Shown one piece after another: positions 29,601 to 38,435 of a DNA stretch of 64,000 nucleotides; the stretch's first letter is position 1; each line of letters starts with the position of its first letter. The DNA comes from a virus (taxonomy: Duplodnaviria > Caudoviricetes). Under the pieces are notes generated by a model. It searched no databases, was not told the DNA's origin, and was given only the letters and a program-made list of their open reading frames with translations. Made by a program: the position numbers and the translations under genes. The DNA is taken from positions 1 to 64,000 of the IMG/VR virus record IMGVR_UViG_3300014204_000165; one strand, 5' to 3'.

Positions 29601-30338
29601 CTAAGCCTCACTAAAGTCGAGTGTCTTTCCATCTGAGGTATACTTGACATTCCTCATGATTTCTTGCCACGCGCTAGTGGTCTCTTGGTACGACCCGAAC
29701 TGACCAGTACCATACAGATCCACGATGTCACGCTTGGGCTTACCCTGATAATTTGCCTTGAGGTAGTCTAGCAAAGCAATGGCCTTTTCGCTTAGGGCAG
29801 CCGTTCCCTTCACTGTTGGTGTTGCAAGTTCCTTTTTCATGACAGATGCTACGTCAAGGTCCATGTAACCAGTTTTCTCGTTCCTCCTGACGTAGCCCAC
29901 GAACTTGTCAGCTGGCTTGAACAATTTGTTGAATTTGATGTCCTCGCCGGGCGTGATCGTGGCTGCTGTTGCCCGTGTGATAAATTCAGACAGGTTCTTG
30001 CTGGGCATATCAAACTGGGCGGCGTACTTAAACTCATACCCAGTATTGGGCTCCTTGAAAACGAACCTAATCCTGTCCACAAACGCTTTCTTTTCCTGAG
30101 GCGGTTTGCCATCGCGAGCCGGCCAAAATTCCACTGGAGTTGAGTCAACCAAGGCCTTTTGTTCGGCTGTCAGACTGTCATATTCCTTGCCCGTGATACC
30201 CTTGACTCCTCTGAATGCCTCTCGGAATGTTACGACTTTATTTTCCTTTACAATATCGGTTAGTTCCAATTCGTACTGACCCTCTGCTAGTCCAGCACCC
30301 TGGACTACAATGGGCTCATCCCATGCGCTATTGCTCAT
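29601..30338 (-). CDS. putative ssDNA-binding protein
   Basis: Position next to the AAA_24 and ERCC4 genes; beta-rich OB-like pattern; strong SD GGAGAAGG and multiple promoters upstream. Confidence 0.45.
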   Translation of the reverse strand: MSNSAWDEPIVVQGAGLAEGQYELELTDIVKENKVVTFREAFRGVKGITGKEYDSLTAEQKALVDSTPVEFWPARDGKPPQEKKAFVDRIRFVFKEPNTGYEFKYAAQFDMPSKNLSEFITRATAATITPGEDIKFNKLFKPADKFVGYVRRNEKTGYMDLDVASVMKKELATPTVKGTAALSEKAIALLDYLKANYQGKPKRDIVDLYGTGQFGSYQETTSAWQEIMRNVKYTSDGKTLDFSEA

Positions 30339-30639
30339 ATTATTTCCTTCTCCAAATTTTTCTTTTCGGTATAATGAACGGCTCTACTTTTAGGGAATTA
30401 CACCCAAGGATCGCCGACAAATCCAGTTAATGCGGTTGATTTTAGTACACGCACATTACTAACAGTTAATTTTCTAGTATTTAAGTGTTTTGGTTTGCTC
30501 TATTTTAAACTTTTTGGTGATAGGATCCGTGAATGTTCTGGAAACCAGTTACAGTTAATTGGTTTTCGTAACAAACACAAAATAAACTAAGTTTTAGTTA
30601 TATATAAAGGTTTTGGTATAGGTTATTTTATTGCTTTCA

Positions 30640-30963
30640 TTATTCTTCGATATCTTCTAGTCCAGAACAATTTGGTAATCCTTTCTCGTATGTTATTTTA
30701 ATCAACCTATATCCTTGTTCTTTTAGAAGTTTATATAAAGACCACTTACTTTCATAACTAATGCTAAATATATATTGATCATTATTAAATTCTTTTATAA
30801 TCACGCCTAAATCCAGGTTCTTATTCAGACCATCTCGAATTTCCTTATGACTATAATCGGGAAGTGCTTCTTGGATCTCTTTTAGTGTCGGTTTATGACC
30901 AATAACTTCCTCAAATTTAAAGACACATAGGGCAACATCAAGTAAAATGTATATGGTTATCAC
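30640..30963 (-). CDS. putative winged-helix regulator
   Basis: PTLKEIQEAL...EIRDGLNKNLDLGVI. Confidence 0.5.
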   Translation of the reverse strand: MITIYILLDVALCVFKFEEVIGHKPTLKEIQEALPDYSHKEIRDGLNKNLDLGVIIKEFNNDQYIFSISYESKWSLYKLLKEQGYRLIKITYEKGLPNCSGLEDIEE

Positions 30964-31030
30964 TCCTCTTGGGTATCAAGTGGTTCATATAATCAGCCTC
31001 TATCTACTCCATTCTTGTTCTACCAACCAA

Positions 31031-31300
31031 TCATGAATTATTTCGAATATGCGGATTGAAGCATATCCTGCCAGCATGAATCCTAATGCGATTCCTATAA
31101 TAATCAGGATAACTGAGATCATTCTTTACCTTTTTTATTAAGTATTCTGTTCTCTGTCTATTCACAAAATCAACTGTGAAATTTCCACTGACTGAGTTAT
31201 GACAATTTGGACAACCTTCCTTGAAGGCGATCCTTGCTTCAGAATATGTCCAAAGTTTTCGATTGCAATGTGGACAAATAGCGTAATGAATGTCGGTCAT
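31031..31300 (-). CDS. Zn-ribbon protein
   Basis: CPHC...CPNC; promoter at 31322-31338. Confidence 0.6.
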   Translation of the reverse strand: MTDIHYAICPHCNRKLWTYSEARIAFKEGCPNCHNSVSGNFTVDFVNRQRTEYLIKKVKNDLSYPDYYRNRIRIHAGRICFNPHIRNNS

Positions 31301-31352
31301 GTTAATAAAAGAGAGTTTGAAGTATATAAAGGTTTTGGTATAAAATAGATCT

Positions 31353-31409
31353 GGCTAGAGTCTGTCCTACGTCTCCTAAATGGATCGGGCCGTCCTCTTG
31401 ACTCTAGCC
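31353..31409. other. stem-loop with a perfect 10-bp stem in the 3' UTR of aRF1
   Basis: GGCTAGAGTC (31353-62) and GACTCTAGCC (31400-09), enclosing 37 nt with a TCC/GGA inner hairpin. Confidence 0.6.
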
Positions 31410-31436
31410 GACTGGTTGATAAAGCTATACAAAATC

Positions 31437-32463
31437 TTAATATCGAAGAATAGCAGCTATACCACCAAACACCTTACGAAGTTGTTCGCCTTCTTCGAAT
31501 TCTGTTGATATTATGTTAACTTTGGTACTAAATTTAGATGTCAATTCTTCTAGTGCTTTTTCATGGGATGAAAGTAACAACGTTTTAACTCTTCCGGTTA
31601 GAAGGGCATCTTCCACGGATTTTCTTCCATATAATATTGCACCGTCTTTGCTAAGCAGTGTAAAGAAACTTCTCATTATGTTACGTTGCTTCACTAGTTC
31701 GGTTTCTTTTAAGAGTTCCTCGGCATTTTGTATTGTTTCCTTTATACCTTGGAATCCAGTATAACCAACATCCACAACACCGGTAATCTTTTTTCGAAGT
31801 TCGTGATGCAAATATTCACTATCATTGAAATCATTTTTCGTGAGTCCTGGGCCACTTATTATAATTCCGGAAAGGTCTTTTAAATCAAGTAATTCTTTTG
31901 AGATATTATCCGCACTTGATTTAAACCAATCAATGATTGCAAGTTGTCGGTTTTTCTCAAATCGCTTCGCAGACTGTCCGCCTCTACTCATTTTCTGAGG
32001 AACATTACTTTCGTCTTCAAAAAGGACATTAATAGAAGTTCCTTGTAAGGTAACTAAGGTAACTTCATGCAGGTCCAGGCAAATAATCGCATGTTTTGGA
32101 CCTTTATCTTGCATGCTTTCAAGAGGGTCCAAAAAGAATTCTGATCCACATCGATAGATAATACCTTTAAGTGGCTTAGGAACTGCTATAGCCTCACTTA
32201 TCCAACCAGTTGATGTTTCACCGACAAAGATAGCATAATGCCCATCAGATAAGGTTTTTAACTTTTCCAGACAACTCTTGATTGCAGATATAACTGCTTG
32301 TCGAGTCACACGAGATTTGATATTCTCAGCTTTTCCTGCTTCGTCGCGCAAAAGACCGGCAGCATCTGGTACTTTTCCTTCAGGAACATATAACGTGATT
32401 AGTTCTGTTCCTTTGCCTCTTAGTTCACACAGTGTGCTAAAGACAGTAGTTGTTAATGGTCAT
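31437..32463 (-). CDS. prf1: archaeal-type class I peptide chain release factor aRF1, predicted to need a +1 frameshift at codon 8-9
   Basis: GKGTELITLYVP, ENIKS, YRCGSEF, RGGQSAKRF and the C-terminal FGGIAAILRY are all conserved. The homologous frame extends 87 nt 5' of the first canonical start (TTG 32351). SD-backed ATG 32463 is in a different frame and stops at CTT-TAG (32442-32437). Confidence 0.9.
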
Positions 32464-32482
32464 TTAATTCACCTATTTTATA

Positions 32483-32538
32483 TGGAGCATAGTGGAATCG
32501 AACCACCCCGAATAACCTTTCGTAAGCCATTTTGCTCC
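32483..32538 (-). ncRNA. tRNA-like element lacking a D-arm (56 nt)
   Basis: GGAGCA...TGCTCC-A acceptor stem; T-arm GGTGG-TTCGATT-CCACT; a single intervening hairpin AATGGC..C-GAAA-G..GTTATT. Confidence 0.5.
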
Positions 32539-32569
32539 TAATCAAGAAAAGAAAGGTGTTGATTTGCAC

Positions 32570-32635
32570 CTCTCCTTCCCTGAGTTGTGTGGGCACCTAC
32601 TACAAAGACGGACTAGTATAAATACCTTTTGGTCC
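32570..32635 (-). promoter_or_regulatory. promoter + leader driving the tRNA-like element and aRF1; near-duplicate of 13921-13985
   Basis: GACCAAAAGGTATTTATACTAGTCCGTCTTTGTAGTAGGTGC versus GACCAAAATGTTTATATACTAGTTCGTCTTTGTAGTAAGTGC. Confidence 0.7.
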
Positions 32636-34065
32636 TAAACAACACTAACAGTGACCGTACCTGCTCGTATCCTTTCATCCTCATCGATATTGATAAGACC
32701 TCCGGTTGTTGAAATACTTGTACCATCTCCGGTGATTATGCAAGACTCCACCGTGTCAATGCCTTCAAACATTCTGGAGGTTGCATAATCCATGTAAATG
32801 TATAGAAAGAGATCTGACCATTCTAAGTCTTTACCAATTGTATAAGCATTTAGGAAGGCTTCAACACTCGCCTGAATACTATCTGCTAAGTCCGTTTCTG
32901 GTGTTGTTGTTTGACTAATCGAGATAGTAACATCCACAGAAACTGTCCTGGGCAACACATACAAATATGGATAGGTTCCCATGCCGATAAGAATATCATA
33001 GGAGCCAATACCAGCATAACTAATGTCATCTATGGAAACTGCGCGGTCCGTGGTTGCTTCCAAAACAGTCTCAATGGTATCTCCTCGGACTGTATTAATA
33101 GGAATCGTTGCGATTGCTGTTCTAGTCCTTCCCAAAATATCAGTATAAGTTAGTGTAAGGCTGTCGCCTGCTAATGCATGGTTTGTAGCCCTAACCCAGA
33201 TTCGACCACCCGAAGATTCTGCTAGGTTGGTAGTAATTACGCCACTCACTACGGTAGATCCTAAAATACCTCGGCATATAACACCTGCAGCAACATCTGC
33301 TACAAGAACATCATAAATGTCTGTGGAGTCTGCACCAGTTCCACTATCGTAGTCAGCTATAACTTCAATATCTCCGTAGCTGCGAGGATAGACATGAGCT
33401 TCGCTTACGTCTTCTAAATCTGTAAGATGCTCTTCAATGATTTCAGTGGTTGCCTTGCCTGGGACTAGGACAGCATAATAATAGCGATTTCTTAATTCAT
33501 CATCGGTTTCTTCATCGGTGCCATCAGCAAAGGCGGAAGCATTTTCAACTCGATCCACGCCTTCAATAGCATATGGTAACTGAGTTATGGAATATGCTGC
33601 TACGTTACCATTGGTTCCGGGTTCCACGGCTTGGGCTTCAATTATGATAGAGTAAGATCCAATTTCGATTTGGCCATAGGAAGTTGTCTGGAAATATTGT
33701 TTGGAGCCATCTGAACCGAGAGCGAGTGCCTTGGAACCAAGAGGAATCGGGATAACTTCAGTTGCCGCATAAGTACACTTGAAGGTTAGATTGCCGGTGG
33801 CTTGGGTGCCTGCTTGACGACCATTGGGTAATCGATCGACAACGAGAGCATCCAAATCACTCCCAGTAGCCGTTAGGATCGAGACACTCTCAGTGGATTC
33901 TGACGTTCTTAAATACTGTAAGTAAATTTGAGTAGCAAAAACTTCGCCAATTATATCAAGCATGCTGCCGGCTGCGAAATTTCGGATCAAAGGGTGCCGA
34001 GATATTATACCATTTTTAATCTGTAATTTAATGGTTTCAATTGTAGGAATGTCCAAATTAATCAC
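32635..34065 (-). CDS. baseplate wedge protein J-like
   Basis: ILTATGSDLDALV, R..GTQATGNLTF, AVEPGTNGNV, GTDEETDDELRNRY. Confidence 0.92.
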   Translation of the reverse strand: MINLDIPTIETIKLQIKNGIISRHPLIRNFAAGSMLDIIGEVFATQIYLQYLRTSESTESVSILTATGSDLDALVVDRLPNGRQAGTQATGNLTFKCTYAATEVIPIPLGSKALALGSDGSKQYFQTTSYGQIEIGSYSIIIEAQAVEPGTNGNVAAYSITQLPYAIEGVDRVENASAFADGTDEETDDELRNRYYYAVLVPGKATTEIIEEHLTDLEDVSEAHVYPRSYGDIEVIADYDSGTGADSTDIYDVLVADVAAGVICRGILGSTVVSGVITTNLAESSGGRIWVRATNHALAGDSLTLTYTDILGRTRTAIATIPINTVRGDTIETVLEATTDRAVSIDDISYAGIGSYDILIGMGTYPYLYVLPRTVSVDVTISISQTTTPETDLADSIQASVEAFLNAYTIGKDLEWSDLFLYIYMDYATSRMFEGIDTVESCIITGDGTSISTTGGLINIDEDERIRAGTVTVSVV

Positions 34066-34067
34066 CG

Positions 34068-34505
34068 TTATTGTCCTATACTTGCTATATCACTTGTAAG
34101 CCTGAGCAACTCCTCAGGGGTGTAGAGAAAATTCATGTCGCCATCAGAAAGCCTCACACTAAGGTTGAATTGAAATGGATCTGTTAGGCCTTGGGTACAT
34201 GCAACTGATTGCACCGGGAGGTCACTAAATTGATATTTCATGTCGCCCAGGATGTCCTGTTCTAATCTGCGCATATTATTGTTGGTATTTTTTTCATGAA
34301 GATAATTTAGGGCAGAACTTCCGATGTGTGTATCTTGACGTTCTCCGCGCGGGATTCCTAGGTAAAGTAAAAGTCTTTGCTTGATTTCATCGGTCCCTGA
34401 GATAATCGCGAGATCTCCTTGTGCGGTGAGTCTGAGATCAAGGGATGTATGGCAATGGCTATAGCCCGGTCCGATGTCCATATTGGTCGCGAGGTCGTAG
34501 TACAT
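34068..34505 (-). CDS. baseplate wedge gp25/W-like protein
   Basis: DLRLTAQGDLAIISGTDEIKQRLLLYLGIPRGER...GS; start at MYYDL (34505) or MDIG (34481). Confidence 0.75.
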   Translation of the reverse strand: MYYDLATNMDIGPGYSHCHTSLDLRLTAQGDLAIISGTDEIKQRLLLYLGIPRGERQDTHIGSSALNYLHEKNTNNNMRRLEQDILGDMKYQFSDLPVQSVACTQGLTDPFQFNLSVRLSDGDMNFLYTPEELLRLTSDIASIGQ

Positions 34506-34600
34506 TTTATAAAACCTATTATTAAAATCTATATCAAGAGTTCTTAAATGCTGTCGGAGTAGAGCTTGGCGGTGCCTATCTGGATCAGGGTGTATGGCAT

Positions 34601-36682
34601 CTACAGCTCCGCAATCGCAACCCAATGCATGAATATGAAATGTCCAGCTGCGGAATTTCCGCCAGCACTCCACGTAAATCCAGTTTGCCCAGGAACAGTA
34701 TAGCCCACCGTTGTCGATGGTGTTATATCGCCAGTTGTTGTATCCGCGACTTTATCCGCCGCACCAGTCGTCGGGGAGTATAGATGGACAACTGGATTTG
34801 AACGCATTTGTATCCCAAATGTAACATGATTGGTATAAACGTCATATGTATTGTATGCTTGCGTGTACATAGCCCCGTGATAATCACTTGTTGTGGGTGT
34901 AATATTATAATTATGACTTTTTTGGTAGTATTCACAACATCGTAATAATTCTTCGTTGAATTTCATCGGCATGAATGGTAGGCAGACTGGGCCTTCGTTG
35001 AGTTGTACATCTCCTAGATAGAGAAGGTCATCAACTGCCGCATCTGCATCATCACACCAGATGAAGACGGCCAAATTGGCCATGCTCGCGGTGTCGATGG
35101 CTATATTCTCTATTTTGTATGTAGTCCAAGTGTCGGCAATCAGAGCGAGATTAGCTGCCACGTTCTCGGCGGTCCAATTGGCGACAAGCGTTGGATTGTT
35201 GCCTTCCGCCCCCCAAGCATCCACGACATCGCTTGTTAGCGTATCGGCGGTAGAGGACCAGGAGAGAACTGCTGCCCGGATATTCCGGATAGCCTTTCCG
35301 GTCGTGGTCCGAGCTTTGAACTGGAGAGAGACGGCCTTCCCCGCAAATTTCAATGCATCCTTGTTTTCGAGGAAAAATATCTTTCCGAACTTCTTGTTAG
35401 CGGTTTCGACCTCTAATTTCAGCGCAGTGGCCGCGCCTGATGGCACAATGGCAGTCTCTTGGCTGACATCCACAATATCATTGCCATCCGAGAGCAAGAC
35501 CCATTGATCCAGCAGATAGGTGTCGTCAGAATTAGCCGGATCGGTGGCTGAAGTATAGACCGCTAACGCTCGCTGATTGACTTGGAATTGCGGATTGATT
35601 ATTGCATTATAGTACAACCCCGGCGTCTTGTCCAGCCAAACTGGATTCGCTGAAGCACCTTGGGTAGCAAGAACTTGTCCTTTTGTGCCCACTGCTAAAT
35701 ATGTCGGATCATCTGCACCAGCATATAGAATAGTACCTTGATCGCCTTTTGGAAATTGTTCCCAGGTGGACGCTCCTCTTCGAATTAATTCACCACGTGC
35801 CGGTGAACCCACAAAATCTAGAACTTCGGACAGAGTGCACTCTTCTCCCGCACCGCCACTTGTTGTTTTCCTACCAAGAATTCGCGAAGTTGCAGAAAAT
35901 GTAGTAGAAGTAGTCGGAATAGATGCACCATCGCCGCCAGAATGGTCATGACTGTCGCCATTAGTGACACCGTTAGCAGTAGGGGCATAAGTTCCTGATA
36001 AATCGGGTATCCAGCCAGTTGCCAATGTTCCGCTTACACCATTTGCAATAGGAATTTTATTTTGTGTTGGAGTAGACGTTGCATTCGCAGGGTCCTGAAC
36101 AACCTTGGAACTTGAATTAAGGGATGCTAATCCATTTACTTGTGCTTTGGATGCAATAAACGAATCTATAACGGTATGCAAATTAGTACCAATATCACTT
36201 AGGTTAGTATGGCTCAGGGTGGCACCGTCTCCTCCTACGTGGTTGTGAGAATCCCCATTTGTAACACCTTCACTGACAGGGGCAAAATCTGAAATATCAT
36301 AACCACTATCTTCTAATGCATTTCCAGTTATACTAGAGAAAATAGGAATGTTTCCAATAACAGAAGTTTCCGGACCAATAACAATGGAACCGAGTGCTTC
36401 GCTTGTGGCTGATATTGTAATGTTATTTAAAGCAATTTTTGAAGATCCAGTTCTATTTACAATAGCATATACGGTTCCTGTTATTTGAATGGCTTCTGTA
36501 CTGGTTGACACCGTGAATATTATATCTTCGCCAATAATTGCATCTGATATTATAGCCTCAGCAAAAATTCCAGATATTAACATTTCGGCTGTCGAATTCG
36601 TTAAATTTTCCCATTGAACATTTACCACTGGATTAACAGTCGGAGATATTAAAATATCATTAATGTAATATGATGTAGACAT
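34601..36682 (-). CDS. tail fiber / receptor-binding protein
   Basis: TNGDSH(N/D)HxGGDG repeats, NAIINPQFQVNQR, GDVQLNEG...PF...EELLRCCEYYQK C-terminal module typical of tail fibers. Confidence 0.8.
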   Translation of the reverse strand: MSTSYYINDILISPTVNPVVNVQWENLTNSTAEMLISGIFAEAIISDAIIGEDIIFTVSTSTEAIQITGTVYAIVNRTGSSKIALNNITISATSEALGSIVIGPETSVIGNIPIFSSITGNALEDSGYDISDFAPVSEGVTNGDSHNHVGGDGATLSHTNLSDIGTNLHTVIDSFIASKAQVNGLASLNSSSKVVQDPANATSTPTQNKIPIANGVSGTLATGWIPDLSGTYAPTANGVTNGDSHDHSGGDGASIPTTSTTFSATSRILGRKTTSGGAGEECTLSEVLDFVGSPARGELIRRGASTWEQFPKGDQGTILYAGADDPTYLAVGTKGQVLATQGASANPVWLDKTPGLYYNAIINPQFQVNQRALAVYTSATDPANSDDTYLLDQWVLLSDGNDIVDVSQETAIVPSGAATALKLEVETANKKFGKIFFLENKDALKFAGKAVSLQFKARTTTGKAIRNIRAAVLSWSSTADTLTSDVVDAWGAEGNNPTLVANWTAENVAANLALIADTWTTYKIENIAIDTASMANLAVFIWCDDADAAVDDLLYLGDVQLNEGPVCLPFMPMKFNEELLRCCEYYQKSHNYNITPTTSDYHGAMYTQAYNTYDVYTNHVTFGIQMRSNPVVHLYSPTTGAADKVADTTTGDITPSTTVGYTVPGQTGFTWSAGGNSAAGHFIFMHWVAIAEL

Positions 36683-36684
36683 TT

Positions 36685-37983
36685 TTAGGTTTCCTCGCCA
36701 TGAATTAAAGATGTGCCCATATAAATTTTTGGTGTATTAAATTGGACTTTATCAGAGCATGTTGCTTCTAGAATAGGTGCTGTTACCTCAACTTTAACGG
36801 ATGATACTAACTTAACATTACCCTGGGCTGCATTTACTTTTATGTCACCGTTTGTAAGTGTTTCTATGTAAGAATCGTGGATTTTGTCCCATAAGTGACA
36901 GGTGCCATCTACATCGAGAAGAACTTCAGAAGAACCATATTCTGTGTTGTTATTTGCCGTTAATCTTATCGATCCATCTCTATATATTCTAATAATAGCA
37001 TTTAATGGTAGATAAGCAGATTCATATGCAATTATCCCGTAGGAGTCAGACCATTCCATAAGGGAGCCGGTAACTAATGTTCTGGCACCTAAAACTTCAT
37101 GATCAATTGATGTTTCTTCATGTTCGGAATGTACATCTATTGTACCAGTTGGGTGATAATTTATATGACCACGTTTTTTTTGCTCAGAAACAGCATTGCC
37201 TAGTCGGATGTGGCCCCTACCTTCACTGTATTCATTGGAAAATCCGGTTTCACTTTCCAAGCGCAAGTATGATCCGCATTTAGTATGATGTTCCCAGCGG
37301 GATGGTGGTGCCTCAGTGCTTTCTGTCTGAGAGGAATATATCTTTTCCCATTGACCTTGTTCCCGCGGAACAGAATCAATATCCTCACAATATTTACAAG
37401 TTGGGTCACAGTCACCTAGCCAGCAGTCCCATACAGTTTGGTAATCTCTCCCAGGACCAGAAATTCCTTTTGGTGGTCCATGAAATAATTTTTTGCATAT
37501 TGGCATTTTGCCAGGTGGATGGTCATAATAGTCTTTGTTTTCGTCTTCGCTGGGTTTTAGCCACTGGCACCACTTGTCTACGAGATCATATTTTGCGTCC
37601 CACTCAGTTGGCGCGCGATATACAGGTTCTTGCTGGATAGTCGCAACTGGCCCCAAAACCAACGGCATATTATTATACATGAAGAGGACGGCTACTAAAT
37701 CTCCGACCCGAGGTGTATAAGGTTGGCCAAATAAATTTCCTGTGAAGTGTTGAAGAACAAGTGCGTTCAGGTGTTGGATAGCATTAGGATCTGTGTTGTT
37801 TGCCTTGGTACTGCGAATCTTAAGGGAAACCGTATTATAATATTCTGTATGGTCTGGTGAGTGGCACTTAACTCCAGGTGATCCCAATTTGTCAATTTCG
37901 ACTATGGTACAATAGTCTATATACATTTGGCGTGAGATAAGGCGCTCACTTGAATTGGTAAACGACTGCATGATTGAGGTCAT
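36685..37983 (-). CDS. baseplate spike (gpV/gp5-like)
   Basis: OB-like PRVGDLVAVLF...PLVLG N-terminus; beta-repeat C-terminus; position in the baseplate module. Confidence 0.65.
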   Translation of the reverse strand: MTSIMQSFTNSSERLISRQMYIDYCTIVEIDKLGSPGVKCHSPDHTEYYNTVSLKIRSTKANNTDPNAIQHLNALVLQHFTGNLFGQPYTPRVGDLVAVLFMYNNMPLVLGPVATIQQEPVYRAPTEWDAKYDLVDKWCQWLKPSEDENKDYYDHPPGKMPICKKLFHGPPKGISGPGRDYQTVWDCWLGDCDPTCKYCEDIDSVPREQGQWEKIYSSQTESTEAPPSRWEHHTKCGSYLRLESETGFSNEYSEGRGHIRLGNAVSEQKKRGHINYHPTGTIDVHSEHEETSIDHEVLGARTLVTGSLMEWSDSYGIIAYESAYLPLNAIIRIYRDGSIRLTANNNTEYGSSEVLLDVDGTCHLWDKIHDSYIETLTNGDIKVNAAQGNVKLVSSVKVEVTAPILEATCSDKVQFNTPKIYMGTSLIHGEET

Positions 37984-38430
37984 TTAAGGACCTCCTGGCA
38001 AAATACCATAATAGTTGTAACCTTTTGCGAGTTTCCTGAGCAAGGTTCTATCAAAGTTGATTAAGATTTGGTTGCCAGAACTGTCATAGGTTACAGAATA
38101 CAACCTATTGGTTGTTTCGTTCCATTGTATCCAGGAAGAATATATCCTGATTAGGTGGGATATGAACTCATCTAATGTTATGCCTTCATCTTGGTCATTT
38201 TCTGTTATGGCAGTCTCTGATGTAGTTGTTGAGGTTGTCGTCGTTGGCCATCTCTGCTCAACTGTATTTTCTAATCTGGTTAAAATACTCTCTGGAATAT
38301 CTATTGATTCTACTGTTTCATATGTTTTACCATAATCGCTGGAAATACTGTAAGTAGACTCGCTATCAGATCTATATAGGTAAATACCTTCCCTTGGATT
38401 ACCATATGCTATGTAAATATAATCGTCCAT
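37984..38430 (-). CDS. hypothetical virion-associated protein
   Basis: Asp-box-like SSDYGKTYE; Thr-rich linker. Confidence 0.5.
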   Translation of the reverse strand: MDDYIYIAYGNPREGIYLYRSDSESTYSISSDYGKTYETVESIDIPESILTRLENTVEQRWPTTTTSTTTSETAITENDQDEGITLDEFISHLIRIYSSWIQWNETTNRLYSVTYDSSGNQILINFDRTLLRKLAKGYNYYGILPGGP

Positions 38431-38435
38431 TTAGA

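Larger units (their letters stand above)
1132..31338 (-). promoter_or_regulatory. recurring archaeal-type BRE+TATA promoter motif CCAAAA(C/G)(C/G)TWTWTA (dispersed copies, not a continuous feature)
   Basis: Minus-strand copies at about 503-518, 1132-1148, 13306-13322, 19822-19838, 22901-22918, 30601-30616, 31322-31338 and 32617-32632; plus-strand copies at about 1763 and 13924; all intergenic and upstream of ORFs. Confidence 0.8.

Noticed and set aside
31437-32351. ORF-track start (TTG 32351) for aRF1
   Set aside because: It would omit the conserved GTELITLYVP segment and has no clear SD, whereas ATG 32463 has AGGTGA at the usual spacing.
32425-32439. Pyrrolysine or amber readthrough as the way to express aRF1
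   Set aside because: The zero frame hits TGA four codons after the TAG and is not the aRF1 frame; only a +1 shift reaches the conserved sequence.
32483-32538. A functional canonical tRNA gene
   Set aside because: Only 56 nt, no D-arm, a mismatch at pair 7 and no U33-type anticodon loop; no anticodon can be assigned.
34506-34673. N-terminal 56-aa extension of the gp25-like ORF
   Set aside because: It overlaps the tail-fiber end and has no plausible protein character; the real start is 34505 or 34481.
34480-34800. Diversity-generating retroelement targeting the tail fiber C-terminus
   Set aside because: No reverse transcriptase and no template repeat differing only at adenines were seen in the window; one outside the window cannot be excluded.
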